DNA from: a virus | IMG/VR virus record: IMGVR_UViG_3300014109_000001 | Location: 1-33,730 of that record | Reading direction: 5' to 3' (one strand) | DNA length: 33,730 nt | Shown: one piece after another, positions 1 through 7,496 of the stretch | Layout: every line of letters starts with the position of its first letter | How positions within the stretch are numbered: position 1 is the stretch's first letter | Notes under the pieces: generated by a model | What the model was told of the DNA's origin: nothing | Database searches by the model: none | Seen by the model: the letters and a program-made list of their open reading frames with translations, nothing else | Translations under genes and position numbers: made by a program

Positions 1-77
1 TTTTTAACATGGCAGTTTTTAACATGGCAATTTTTAACATGGCAAAATCTTCCAAGTGTAAAATAATTCTATCTAGT
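1..77. repeat. Terminal direct duplication: bases 1-77 are identical to 33654-33730, so the window is a circular 33,653-bp unit plus overlap
   Basis: Read directly. tttttaacatggcagtttttaacatggcaatttttaacatggcaaaatcttccaagtgtaaaataattctatctagt is present at both window ends. Confidence 0.95.
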
Positions 78-429
78 TGCCTGTGGATAACTCATCAGCT
101 AGATTACTCTTTAAGTAATTTTTATAGCTTTCTGACATAGGGCTGTCTGAGAAAAATCGTCTAAATTCTGTCCCGTTCCCTCTGCCATGGCTAATTCTCA
201 CAGATAGCAAATACCCACACTGCTCTAGTATCTTGAAATGTCTATCCACTGTCCGCCTGCTAATATTCAACCGTCTAGCGATTTCCTCAGGATATACAAC
301 CCAGTCAGGCTTATTAGTTAAAATCACCGTCAATATGCCTATTGTTGCTGGTTCAAGCCTGCTGTCTTGAGTGAAAGCGTTATTTAACGCTGTGTAGTTC
401 TCATGGGTGTTTCTTATGATGTACTGCAT
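73..429 (-). CDS. Small winged-helix DNA-binding protein, putative origin-binding or replication-initiator protein (RepA_N / DnaD-N-like pattern)
   Basis: 118-aa ORF with an HTH-like segment PEEIARRLNISRRTVDRHFKILEQCGYL. Its stop lies about 28 bp from the iteron array, and a perfect DnaA box sits in its 3' end. The function is inferred from context. Confidence 0.5.
   Translation of the reverse strand: MQYIIRNTHENYTALNNAFTQDSRLEPATIGILTVILTNKPDWVVYPEEIARRLNISRRTVDRHFKILEQCGYLLSVRISHGRGNGTEFRRFFSDSPMSESYKNYLKSNLADELSTGN
82..90 (-). promoter_or_regulatory. Perfect consensus DnaA box (TTATCCACA on the minus strand)
   Basis: The plus strand reads tgtggataa at 82-90, about 35 bp from the last iteron. 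A single 9-mer could occur by chance, so the position is what makes it notable. Confidence 0.4.
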
Positions 430-438
430 ACCTCATAT

Positions 439-585
439 TTAAGCCCCTTTCTTCAAATATTTTCTGATAATGTCGTAGTATGAATGACCTGCAGGGATTG
501 TGTACCCTGACAGATTGTCAACCTGTGAACCATCTGCCATAATGTTGATTATCCGTGGCTCCCATTTATTTTTTTTTAATTTCAT
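439..585 (-). CDS. Hypothetical small early protein (48 aa from the first ATG)
   Basis: The ORF track extends to 624 using a TTG. The first ATG (MKLKKNKWEP...) is at 585. The gene lies in the early operon between the antirepressor and the wHTH gene. Confidence 0.5.
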   Translation of the reverse strand: MKLKKNKWEPRIINIMADGSQVDNLSGYTIPAGHSYYDIIRKYLKKGA

Positions 586-653
586 GATATAATTACCTTG
601 TAAGTATTTTGCTGAGTCCCTCAATGGAGTTACCGTTCCAGAGGGGCTTTTTC

Positions 654-1382
654 TTATCCTGTTAAGTATTCCTGATTGAGAAACTTGTTGATAAAGTACT
701 GTTGACCCTTGCCAGTTACAAGTGGTGTCTTGCTAACTGTGATGTGGCCGTCAGCGTGTGTGATACTTGTTTCTTTGACCTTGATGAGTCCCATCTCTAC
801 GCTCTTTTGTGTAGGCATATTCCAGTCACGCCCGTTGCGTTTAATGAGATAGCCATGAGCTCTGAGCCAATTAAATAAGCGATTAGCTCCCATGTCTACC
901 CCATTCTGTTTGAGCAACTTAGCAAGCTCTCCAACTAGGATAGACGAGTGACTAGCACTGACTGCCTCAGCAAATAGTACCTTAGGACGGTCAGCCTCAA
1001 TTTTAGCCTCTAGCTGATGGACTTTCTTGTCAGCCATGAGTAAGGCTCTTGCCATAATCTTCTCAGGGCTATTGAAATCTTTTTCTACTTGTATAAAGTA
1101 TTGTCGGACTTGCTTGCCTCGTTCCGTTCGCTGTATCATGGCAATTTCTTTGGCCATGTCTAGCTTGATGATGTGGTCTACTTGATTAGTTGAATTTCCT
1201 TGAGCTGTTACTCTTTTTTGAGTAATAGCTAGATAGTCTTGATTTTCAATAAAACCATATTCTGTCATACGATTAAACCAATCATTGTATCTAGTTTTGA
1301 CATCTAAAGCCTCATGTAGTTGTCTACCTGAAATCACTGGCTCATGGTTGTCATTTAGTGTTACGTTGATAAGTTCGTTCAT
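654..1382 (-). CDS. Phage antirepressor (AntA/ORF6N-type N-terminal domain plus KilAC/ORF6C-type C-terminal domain)
   Basis: 242 aa. N-terminal motif: SGRQLHEALDVKTRYNDWFNRMTEYGF. C-terminal motifs: RPKVLFAEAV...ILVGELAKLL...GANRLFNWLR. It lies directly downstream of the cro-like gene. Confidence 0.8.
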   Translation of the reverse strand: MNELINVTLNDNHEPVISGRQLHEALDVKTRYNDWFNRMTEYGFIENQDYLAITQKRVTAQGNSTNQVDHIIKLDMAKEIAMIQRTERGKQVRQYFIQVEKDFNSPEKIMARALLMADKKVHQLEAKIEADRPKVLFAEAVSASHSSILVGELAKLLKQNGVDMGANRLFNWLRAHGYLIKRNGRDWNMPTQKSVEMGLIKVKETSITHADGHITVSKTPLVTGKGQQYFINKFLNQEYLTG

Positions 1383-1411
1383 CTGTGCTCCTTTCTCATC
1401 TTATATGATTT

Positions 1412-1430
1412 ATAATCTTATTGAGATTAT
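1412..1430. promoter_or_regulatory. Operator-like inverted repeat ATAATCT-N5-AGATTAT between the cro-like and antirepressor genes
   Basis: A 7-bp perfect inverted repeat read directly. It overlaps the 14-bp motif TGATTTATAATCTT (1406-1419), which recurs exactly at 1782-1795 inside the repressor promoter. Confidence 0.5.
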
Positions 1431-1436
1431 AAAAAA

Positions 1437-1640
1437 TTAAACATCAGTAGATGTTACGCCTAAAATATCATCAGTAGATACCCCAAAGAATAACGCTAGA
1501 CTTTTAAGATGTTTACCGCCAATATTTGACTGGTCTTTCTCCCAGTTACTCACAGATGTTTGCGTGACGCCTAATTGTCTAGCTAACTCACGCTGTGACA
1601 TCTTATTATTTCTTGCTCGTAGCTCTGCAATGGTAATCAT
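1437..1640 (-). CDS. Cro-like XRE-family HTH regulator (67 aa)
   Basis: HTH motif MSQRELARQLGVTQTSVSNWEKDQ. The ATG at 1640 is preceded by AAAGGAGGTG. The longer ORF-track start at 1673 falls inside the -10 box of its own promoter, so I rejected it. Confidence 0.85.
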   Translation of the reverse strand: MITIAELRARNNKMSQRELARQLGVTQTSVSNWEKDQSNIGGKHLKSLALFFGVSTDDILGVTSTDV

Positions 1641-1671
1641 ATAATGCACCTCCTTTTTTATTGTTGATTTC

Positions 1672-1700
1672 ATTATATATGATTTTATATCTCATGTCAA
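1672..1700 (-). promoter_or_regulatory. Early lytic promoter: -35 TTGACA, 17-nt spacer, -10 TATAAT
   Basis: Perfect sigma-70 consensus read on the minus strand (-35 at 1695-1700, -10 at 1672-1677), upstream of the cro-like gene. Confidence 0.75.
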
Positions 1701-1780
1701 CTATTTTTTATGATTTATTTTAATATTTTTTAAAATATTTTCCATTTCTTTTAAAAATATAAAAGTTTTTTCTTATATAA

Positions 1781-1809
1781 TTGATTTATAATCTTGTTTA
1801 TGATATAAT
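1781..1809 (+). promoter_or_regulatory. Lysogenic promoter: -35 TTGATT, 17-nt spacer, extended -10 TGaTATAAT
   Basis: Read directly (-35 at 1781-1786, -10 at 1804-1809), followed by the RBS AAAGGAGG and the ATG at 1836. The spacer contains the operator motif TGATTTATAATCTT. Confidence 0.75.
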
Positions 1810-1835
1810 TAAATTGTCAAAAGGAGGCTAGAAAT

Positions 1836-2585
1836 ATGAAACAATTAGGGGATAAGATAAGAGAATTAAGAGAAAGAAAAAACATGACACAAACAGAACT
1901 CTCTGAAATTCTAAACATGAAAACATATACAACTGTTTCAAAGTGGGAGAAAAACGAAAATTTCCCAAAAGGGAAAGATTTGAAGAAACTGGCAGAAATT
2001 TTCAATGTCACATCTGATTATCTTCTAGGTCTAGCAGACGAAGAAAGAGAAAAATACCATAATGAAAGAAACCATGAGATATTAACAATTTTTAATCAAT
2101 TAGAAAAAGATAGACAATCAAATGTGATAGATTATGCTACTAGCCAATTAAATGAGCAAGTTAGCACAAAGACCACTACTATCCTAGATAAATACAAAAA
2201 TGATGACTATATTATAGACTATGTTGAGGGTTTGGTAGCTGCAGGCCGTGGTATTTTTCAAGAGGATAATCTACACATGGAAGTTAGACTCAGAGTGGAT
2301 GATGTGCCTGATAACTATGACACCATTGCTAAGGTAGCTGGGGACTCTATGGAGCCTTTGATAGAAGATAATGACCTACTTTTTATCAAAGTGACTAGTC
2401 AGGTTGATGTCAATTCTATTGGTATTTTCCAAGTAAACGGTAAAAACTTTGTTAAAAAGCTAAAAAGAGATTATGATGGAACTTGGTATCTTCAAAGTTT
2501 AAATAACGCTTATGAGGAAATCCATTTGTCAGAAAATGATGACATCCGTACAATCGGAGAGGTTGTAGAAATCTATAAACCATAA
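1836..2585 (+). CDS. CI-like repressor: XRE HTH plus S24 (LexA-like) self-cleaving peptidase domain
   Basis: 249 aa. N-terminal HTH: MTQTELSEILNMKTYTTVSKWEKNENFP. Ala-Gly cleavage-type site: GLVAAGRG. Catalytic-type motifs: GDSMEP and FVKKLK. Confidence 0.9.
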   Translation: MKQLGDKIRELRERKNMTQTELSEILNMKTYTTVSKWEKNENFPKGKDLKKLAEIFNVTSDYLLGLADEEREKYHNERNHEILTIFNQLEKDRQSNVIDYATSQLNEQVSTKTTTILDKYKNDDYIIDYVEGLVAAGRGIFQEDNLHMEVRLRVDDVPDNYDTIAKVAGDSMEPLIEDNDLLFIKVTSQVDVNSIGIFQVNGKNFVKKLKRDYDGTWYLQSLNNAYEEIHLSENDDIRTIGEVVEIYKP

Positions 2586-2602
2586 AAAAAGGAGAAAACA
2601 TA

Positions 2603-3139
2603 ATGAAAAAATTAAAATTATTTGTAGGGGGCTTTCTAGTCCTAGCTGCCCTTGGCTTTATTCTGCAAGCATTAGGACTAGCGCCAAAGACAGAAACACC
2701 TGAAACACCTAAAGTTACTATTCAGGCCTCAACAAGTGAGGTTAAAGATGAGAAAAAAGACACTACAGAGACCACAGAGGCAAGCTCTAAAACTAATGAT
2801 AAACTACCACGGATTTCAGCAGAGCAGATGGATGACTTTATTGATTACTTTAAGAAAGATTTAACTGATAAAGGCGTTGATATTTCTACATATACTTTTT
2901 ATAACAAAGACACCATCTTATATGTGAAAGTTCCAAATGATTATAAATACTACTCTAAGACTGACCTGCAAGCATTTGCTGATGGTTTAAAAACAAAAGA
3001 GCATGAGGCTTTTAATGTTTGGGCTGGTATCAATGGAGTTGATTTTAATTTATATCCAATGTTGCACATTAAGACGGATGATGGTGACTCACTTGTCTCT
3101 CAGAAATTAGGTGGAGATATGGAAGTAAAAATCAAATAA
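2603..3139 (+). CDS. Membrane-anchored or secreted protein co-transcribed with the repressor; candidate superinfection-exclusion factor
   Basis: 178 aa. N-terminal hydrophobic segment KLFVGGFLVLAALGFILQALGLA with no lipobox Cys, then a Thr/Glu/Lys-rich linker and a ~110-aa domain. It starts 17 bp after the repressor stop, preceded by the RBS AAAGGAG. Confidence 0.45.
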   Translation: MKKLKLFVGGFLVLAALGFILQALGLAPKTETPETPKVTIQASTSEVKDEKKDTTETTEASSKTNDKLPRISAEQMDDFIDYFKKDLTDKGVDISTYTFYNKDTILYVKVPNDYKYYSKTDLQAFADGLKTKEHEAFNVWAGINGVDFNLYPMLHIKTDDGDSLVSQKLGGDMEVKIK

Positions 3140-3261
3140 AAAAAGACCTCACGCTCACAAAGTTTGGCGACTCTGAGCATGAGGCATGATGTATAGAAAG
3201 ATAGGCATTAAAAAGCCCTCTTTTCTATACCCTATTTTATCAAAAAGGGGGTACAAAAGCA

Positions 3262-4707
3262 ATGAAATCAACAAATAAAGTGGCTATCTATGTCAGAGTA
3301 TCTACTACCAATCAGGCTGAGGAGGGGTACTCTATAGATGAGCAAATAGATAAACTAGAGTCCTATTGTAAAATTAAGGACTGGACGGTTTATAAAGTAT
3401 ATACTGATGGAGGTTTTTCAGGTTCTAATACTGAAAGACCAGCACTAGAGAGCCTTATCAAAGACGCTAACAAGAAAAAATTTAATACAGTCTTAGTCTA
3501 TAAATTAGACCGTCTTAGTCGTAGTCAGAAAGATACACTATTTTTGATTGAGGATGTATTTATCAAGAATGGGATTGAATTTCTGAGCTTACAAGAGAAT
3601 TTTGACACCTCTACGCCATTTGGCAAGGCTATGATAGGACTTTTGAGCGTGTTTGCTCAGCTGGAGCGTGAACAAATTAAGGAAAGAATGCAACTGGGTA
3701 AGCTAGGGCGTGCAAAGGCTGGAAAGTCCATGATGTGGGCTAAGACCTCCTACGGCTATGACTATCACAAAGAAACAGGCACTATGACCATCAACCCAGT
3801 CCAGTCTCTAGTTATCAAATTCATCTTTGAGAGCTATCTATCAGGTAGGTCAATCACTAAGCTCAGAGATGACCTTAATGAGAAATACCCAAAAGAAAAG
3901 CCATGGCACTACAGAGCGGTCAGAGTGATATTAGATAACCCTGTCTACTGTGGATATAACCAATTCATGGGGGAAATATACAAAGGCAATCATGAACCCA
4001 TTATCTCAAAAGAAACCTATGATAAGACACAGGAAGAACTAAAAATCAGGCAAAGGACAGCGCTTGAAAATTTCAACCCTCGACCATTCCAGGCAAAGTA
4101 TATGCTATCAGGTATAGCTCAATGCGGCTACTGTCTAGCACCTCTAAAAATCATGATGGGCATGATTAGAAAAGATGGCACTAGGTTAGTAAAATATGAG
4201 TGTCATCAGAGACACCCTAGAAAGTTGAGAGGAGTAACTACATACAATGATAACAAAAAGTGTGACTCAGGTTTTTACCTCAAGGATGACCTTGAGACCT
4301 TTGTCTTGCAAGAGGTCAATAAGTTGCAGCATGACTCCGAATACTTAGAAAAAATCTTATCAGATAATCACAAAGAGTCCATAGACCGTGAGAGTTATCA
4401 GAAACAGATTAGAGAATTGACTAAAAAAATCAGTAGACTTAACGACCTATACATAGATGACAGAATTACCCTGGAAGAACTACAGAGCAAATCAAGCGAA
4501 TTTCTAAGCATGAGAAACTTGCTAGAAAAAGAGCTGGAGGATGACCCAGCGCTCAAGCAAGAGGAAACCAAAAACACTATCAAGCAATCTTTGGATAAAG
4601 GAGACATCTTAAAGATGGACTATGAGGCTCAAAGAGACATAGTTAGAGCCTTAATCAAGAAAGTACAAGTCACAGCTGATAGCATTGTCATCAAGTGGAG
4701 AATTTAG
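3262..4707 (+). CDS. int: Large serine recombinase (phage integrase)
   Basis: 481 aa. N-terminal resolvase-type catalytic motif VAIYVRVSTTNQAEEGYSIDEQ ...YKLDRLSRS, a central recombinase domain, a Cys cluster (CGYC...C..C) and a C-terminal coiled coil. Confidence 0.9.
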   Translation: MKSTNKVAIYVRVSTTNQAEEGYSIDEQIDKLESYCKIKDWTVYKVYTDGGFSGSNTERPALESLIKDANKKKFNTVLVYKLDRLSRSQKDTLFLIEDVFIKNGIEFLSLQENFDTSTPFGKAMIGLLSVFAQLEREQIKERMQLGKLGRAKAGKSMMWAKTSYGYDYHKETGTMTINPVQSLVIKFIFESYLSGRSITKLRDDLNEKYPKEKPWHYRAVRVILDNPVYCGYNQFMGEIYKGNHEPIISKETYDKTQEELKIRQRTALENFNPRPFQAKYMLSGIAQCGYCLAPLKIMMGMIRKDGTRLVKYECHQRHPRKLRGVTTYNDNKKCDSGFYLKDDLETFVLQEVNKLQHDSEYLEKILSDNHKESIDRESYQKQIRELTKKISRLNDLYIDDRITLEELQSKSSEFLSMRNLLEKELEDDPALKQEETKNTIKQSLDKGDILKMDYEAQRDIVRALIKKVQVTADSIVIKWRI

Positions 4708-4711
4708 AGAG

Positions 4712-4751
4712 AATTTTACTATCCCTCATTTCAATCAATGATACTAAAATT
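4712..4751. other. Candidate attP core: imperfect inverted repeat AATTTTACTATC-N16-GATACTAAAATT
   Basis: 12-bp arms matching 11 of 12 positions, read directly. It starts 5 bp after the integrase stop, in the int/lysin convergent gap. The size and symmetry fit serine-integrase attP sites. This is inference only. Confidence 0.35.
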
Positions 4752-4766
4752 ACTTAAAAAACAAAA

Positions 4767-4792
4767 AAACCACAAGCATAAGCCTGTGGTTT
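4767..4792. terminator. Rho-independent terminator in the convergent int/endolysin gap, stronger for the minus strand
   Basis: Stem AAACCACAAGC / GCCTGTGGTTT with one mismatch and an ATAA loop. The minus-strand RNA is followed by UUUUUUUGUUUUUU; the plus strand has only UUU. Confidence 0.7.
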
Positions 4793-4831
4793 CTGTGTGT
4801 ATAATTAACTTGAAATTCTTTCTATTATATT

Positions 4832-5842
4832 TTATTTTGTTGTTTCTTCTTTGGTATGAGCCAATGTAATCAGTCCATCAGGCTCTACCTCAAATTCAGG
4901 CTTATCAGCAAGTGACCCGTCATCCTTGAGATAGTACCAGCCTGTTCCGTCTGCTGATTTGACAAAGGCATTAGATACCATTGAGCCTTTTTGATAATCA
5001 AGATAGTACCAAGTATCTTTGTACTTAACCCATCCAGTAGCCATAGCGCCCTGATTGTCAAAATAGTACCAGTTAGTATCAATTAGCACCCATCCAGTAG
5101 CCATAGCGCCATTTGGTAGTAAATAGTACCAGTTAGTGTCTGAGTGTTTGTGCCAAGTATTAGCTTTCATGTAGCCATTGCTGTCAAAGTAATACCAGAC
5201 ATCATCAATAACTTGCCATTTATTAGTAGGGTATGTGCCATCTTCATTGACATACCACCATCCAGTACTATTATTGTGCCATCCAGCCTCTGCTTTGGCC
5301 TCGCCTAGCATTTCCTGGACGGTTGAGCCTATACTTTGATAATACTTAATTTTAGCAATGACATAATCTCTAAGACTATCATTATAGCCACCATGTAGAG
5401 CTAAAGAACGTTTAGGGCATGAGGTGCTTGAAAATTCATTATGAAACTTGATATTAGAGTAGTTAGGAGTATCTCCATAATAAGTCATATCCTCAGCCAT
5501 CTGTCTAAGTACCATGTTTTCATTCTCAATAAATTCAGCGTCTGAGGCATTATATTGTTGACAAACTTCATAGCTGATTGAGTTCATGTTAGCGTCATAG
5601 TTAGCAGCCGACCAGGTGCCACTGTAGGTATTCTCAACCCTTGCGATAGTGTCACGGTTGATGTAATAATGAGCAAATCCTAGAGCTGATTGACCGTTAT
5701 TATAGCGTTCTTGTAACCAGCCTATATAACTCTCAGGGGTCATGGAGCCAGCGTCATTGTGCAAAATATAGTATTTTGGCTTATCTGTTGGACGAGCGCC
5801 AGCAATTCCATTAAATACATTAGTATTGATAATTTCTACCAT
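4832..5842 (-). CDS. Endolysin: N-acetylmuramoyl-L-alanine amidase (LytA-like Amidase_2) with six C-terminal choline-binding repeats
   Basis: 336 aa. The C-terminal half is six ~20-aa repeats of the GW..WYYF...G.M.TGW type (for example TNWYYFDNQGAMATGWV). The ATG at 5842 is preceded by the RBS AAAGGA. Confidence 0.9.
   Translation of the reverse strand: MVEIINTNVFNGIAGARPTDKPKYYILHNDAGSMTPESYIGWLQERYNNGQSALGFAHYYINRDTIARVENTYSGTWSAANYDANMNSISYEVCQQYNASDAEFIENENMVLRQMAEDMTYYGDTPNYSNIKFHNEFSSTSCPKRSLALHGGYNDSLRDYVIAKIKYYQSIGSTVQEMLGEAKAEAGWHNNSTGWWYVNEDGTYPTNKWQVIDDVWYYFDSNGYMKANTWHKHSDTNWYYLLPNGAMATGWVLIDTNWYYFDNQGAMATGWVKYKDTWYYLDYQKGSMVSNAFVKSADGTGWYYLKDDGSLADKPEFEVEPDGLITLAHTKEETTK
5028..5147. 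repeat. Two tandem ~60-bp DNA repeat units inside the endolysin gene, encoding choline-binding repeats
   Basis: acccatccagtagccatagcgcc occurs at 5028 and at 5088. aatagtaccagttagt recurs with the same 60-bp period. Confidence 0.8.
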
Positions 5843-5856
5843 TTTAATTTCCTTTC

Positions 5857-7479
5857 TTATGGTAAGACATTAGGCCAAGGCTCGCTCGTAAGATATGAAA
5901 TAGAGCTGACACGAATGTCTCCAATATCTCGGTCTGTTGGCACTGGGTCAGTAAACTGAAATCTCAACATGTTGCTATCTCCAGCACCTCCAAGATACCA
6001 AGTCCCGTAGGAGACACCTTTATCGTTGTAAATGTTTCCTATTAAAGACCCCTCAGAGCGAAAACCAACAGGAACACCACCAAGTCCTAAAATGTAACAG
6101 TTTCTTTCCCTGTCGCTACCTTGAGCCTCGTATCCTACGCCACCTCTACGAATGACACCGAACCAACCCCAACTCAATCCTCCGAATTGGTATGTTACGG
6201 TGTCATTTTTGCGCCGTACTTTCAGATATGAGTTTCCGAGTTTAGACTTAATATTCAGCGTTCGCCAACCAGTATCGCCAGTCAGAACCTCCCAGCCCTG
6301 ATTGTTTGTCCCGCTTCTTTTTATCCATTTTAAAGCGCCATTAGTTACAGCGGTATCAACATAGGTAGTACCTACAGGAGCGCTAACCTTGCCATTTGGC
6401 ATGCCTTGGCCATGGATTTCATACTCATTGGCTTTTCCACCTGTATTAGTTGGAGTGCTTGGTAAGACAACACTGCCACCTCCACCAGATAAGCTAAGAG
6501 TATTACCATTAAGATTGAGCCTTTGAGGTTCTTTCTGCTCAATGAGTGAAAGTCTTTGTTTGACTTCATTGTCATTGTATGGCTGAGGAATTTCTGATTT
6601 TTTAGCATACTCATCTAAATTTTGATGTTGAGTAAGATAGCCCTTACCAGCTAGAGCCTCCTCAGTAACAAATTTTGAGGTATCTACCTCTTTTTTATTT
6701 TCAAGAGTCTCAACTCGTTTCTTGAGCTCAGTATCATTGTAGGGGTCAGGTAGCTCTGAGTGTTTAACGTAGTCATCCAAGCTCTGATGTTGAGTCAAGT
6801 ACCCTTTGCCATCTAATTCTGACTTAGTGACTAGATCACTAGTGTCCACACTTGACTTGTTCTCTAAAGCCTCTACACGCCTTACAAGAGGCTTGTCATC
6901 ATAAATGGTGTCATTGTCAGGCTTAGTCTTTAAAGCCTTAATGTCATCCAAGATATGGGCTACATCGCTCTGATTAGCCTTATTTGCAAGCTCAGCCCTT
7001 AGCTCACTGTCATCATAAGCTACGCCTGGAGCGTTATTTTTAGGTAACAAGCTCTCAAGCTCATCCTTTGTCACAATATCCTTGACATCTATGACACGCT
7101 TTGTCTTTTGTTCCATGACAGGTGCCTGAGCAGCCTTGTCAATCTCACTAACTTTCACATGGAAAGAGAAAGCATATACATCAGCTGATTTTTCAATTTT
7201 TTCAAAATAGATGTACCCTACAACTGTCTCACTTGCAATTATCAAAGAGTTATCAAACTTGACTGTAAAGGTATTGCCATCTATGACAGCCTCAACCTCT
7301 TTATAGCGATTGGTGCCCTTAAAATGAAAGAGACAGATGACTTTCTCAGCCGTGAGCTCTTTTGTCGTAAAGTGAAATTCTGCTATCTCTTTATCTTTAC
7401 TGTAGAGCTCATGCTGGAGCTTATCAATTCCTCTAATATTGCTTGTCAGCTCTATCTTTTTGCTGATAATTTTTTCCAA
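5857..7479 (-). CDS. BppU-like baseplate/fibre protein, putative receptor-binding protein
   Basis: 540 aa. TTG start with a strong RBS AGGAGG 7 nt upstream. The N-terminal ~110 aa fit the BppU_N/DUF2479-like pattern. Central tandem repeats carry YNDxE...LE.K motifs, followed by a GGGG linker and a C-terminal globular domain (GALKWIKRSGTNNQGWEVLTGDTGWR). Confidence 0.55.
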   Translation of the reverse strand: MEKIISKKIELTSNIRGIDKLQHELYSKDKEIAEFHFTTKELTAEKVICLFHFKGTNRYKEVEAVIDGNTFTVKFDNSLIIASETVVGYIYFEKIEKSADVYAFSFHVKVSEIDKAAQAPVMEQKTKRVIDVKDIVTKDELESLLPKNNAPGVAYDDSELRAELANKANQSDVAHILDDIKALKTKPDNDTIYDDKPLVRRVEALENKSSVDTSDLVTKSELDGKGYLTQHQSLDDYVKHSELPDPYNDTELKKRVETLENKKEVDTSKFVTEEALAGKGYLTQHQNLDEYAKKSEIPQPYNDNEVKQRLSLIEQKEPQRLNLNGNTLSLSGGGGSVVLPSTPTNTGGKANEYEIHGQGMPNGKVSAPVGTTYVDTAVTNGALKWIKRSGTNNQGWEVLTGDTGWRTLNIKSKLGNSYLKVRRKNDTVTYQFGGLSWGWFGVIRRGGVGYEAQGSDRERNCYILGLGGVPVGFRSEGSLIGNIYNDKGVSYGTWYLGGAGDSNMLRFQFTDPVPTDRDIGDIRVSSISYLTSEPWPNVLP

Positions 7480-7496
7480 TTTTCGCCCTCCTTTCT

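Noticed and set aside
1-77. The 77-bp terminal repeat as attL/attR, cos ends or a biological direct terminal repeat
   Set aside because: The break point falls arbitrarily inside the iteron array. The integrase is a serine recombinase, which leaves no long direct repeats. TerL is of the headful (PBSX) type. An assembly overlap on a circular or permuted genome is the simpler explanation.
1817-2011. 64-aa minus-strand ORF antisense to the repressor gene. Similar antisense or alternate-frame ORFs occur at 4398-4607, 5759-5959, 7324-7566, 8017-8364, 9326-9547 and elsewhere.
   Set aside because: Each overlaps a well-supported gene on the other strand or in another frame. Their composition is low-complexity or hydrophobic, and no RBS is present.
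3140-3261. The hairpin CCTCAcGCTCA...TGAGCaTGAGG after the 178-aa gene, as a terminator for the lysogeny operon
   Set aside because: The loop is long (about 16 nt) and no U tract follows. I kept it only as an alternative regulatory or attP-containing gap.
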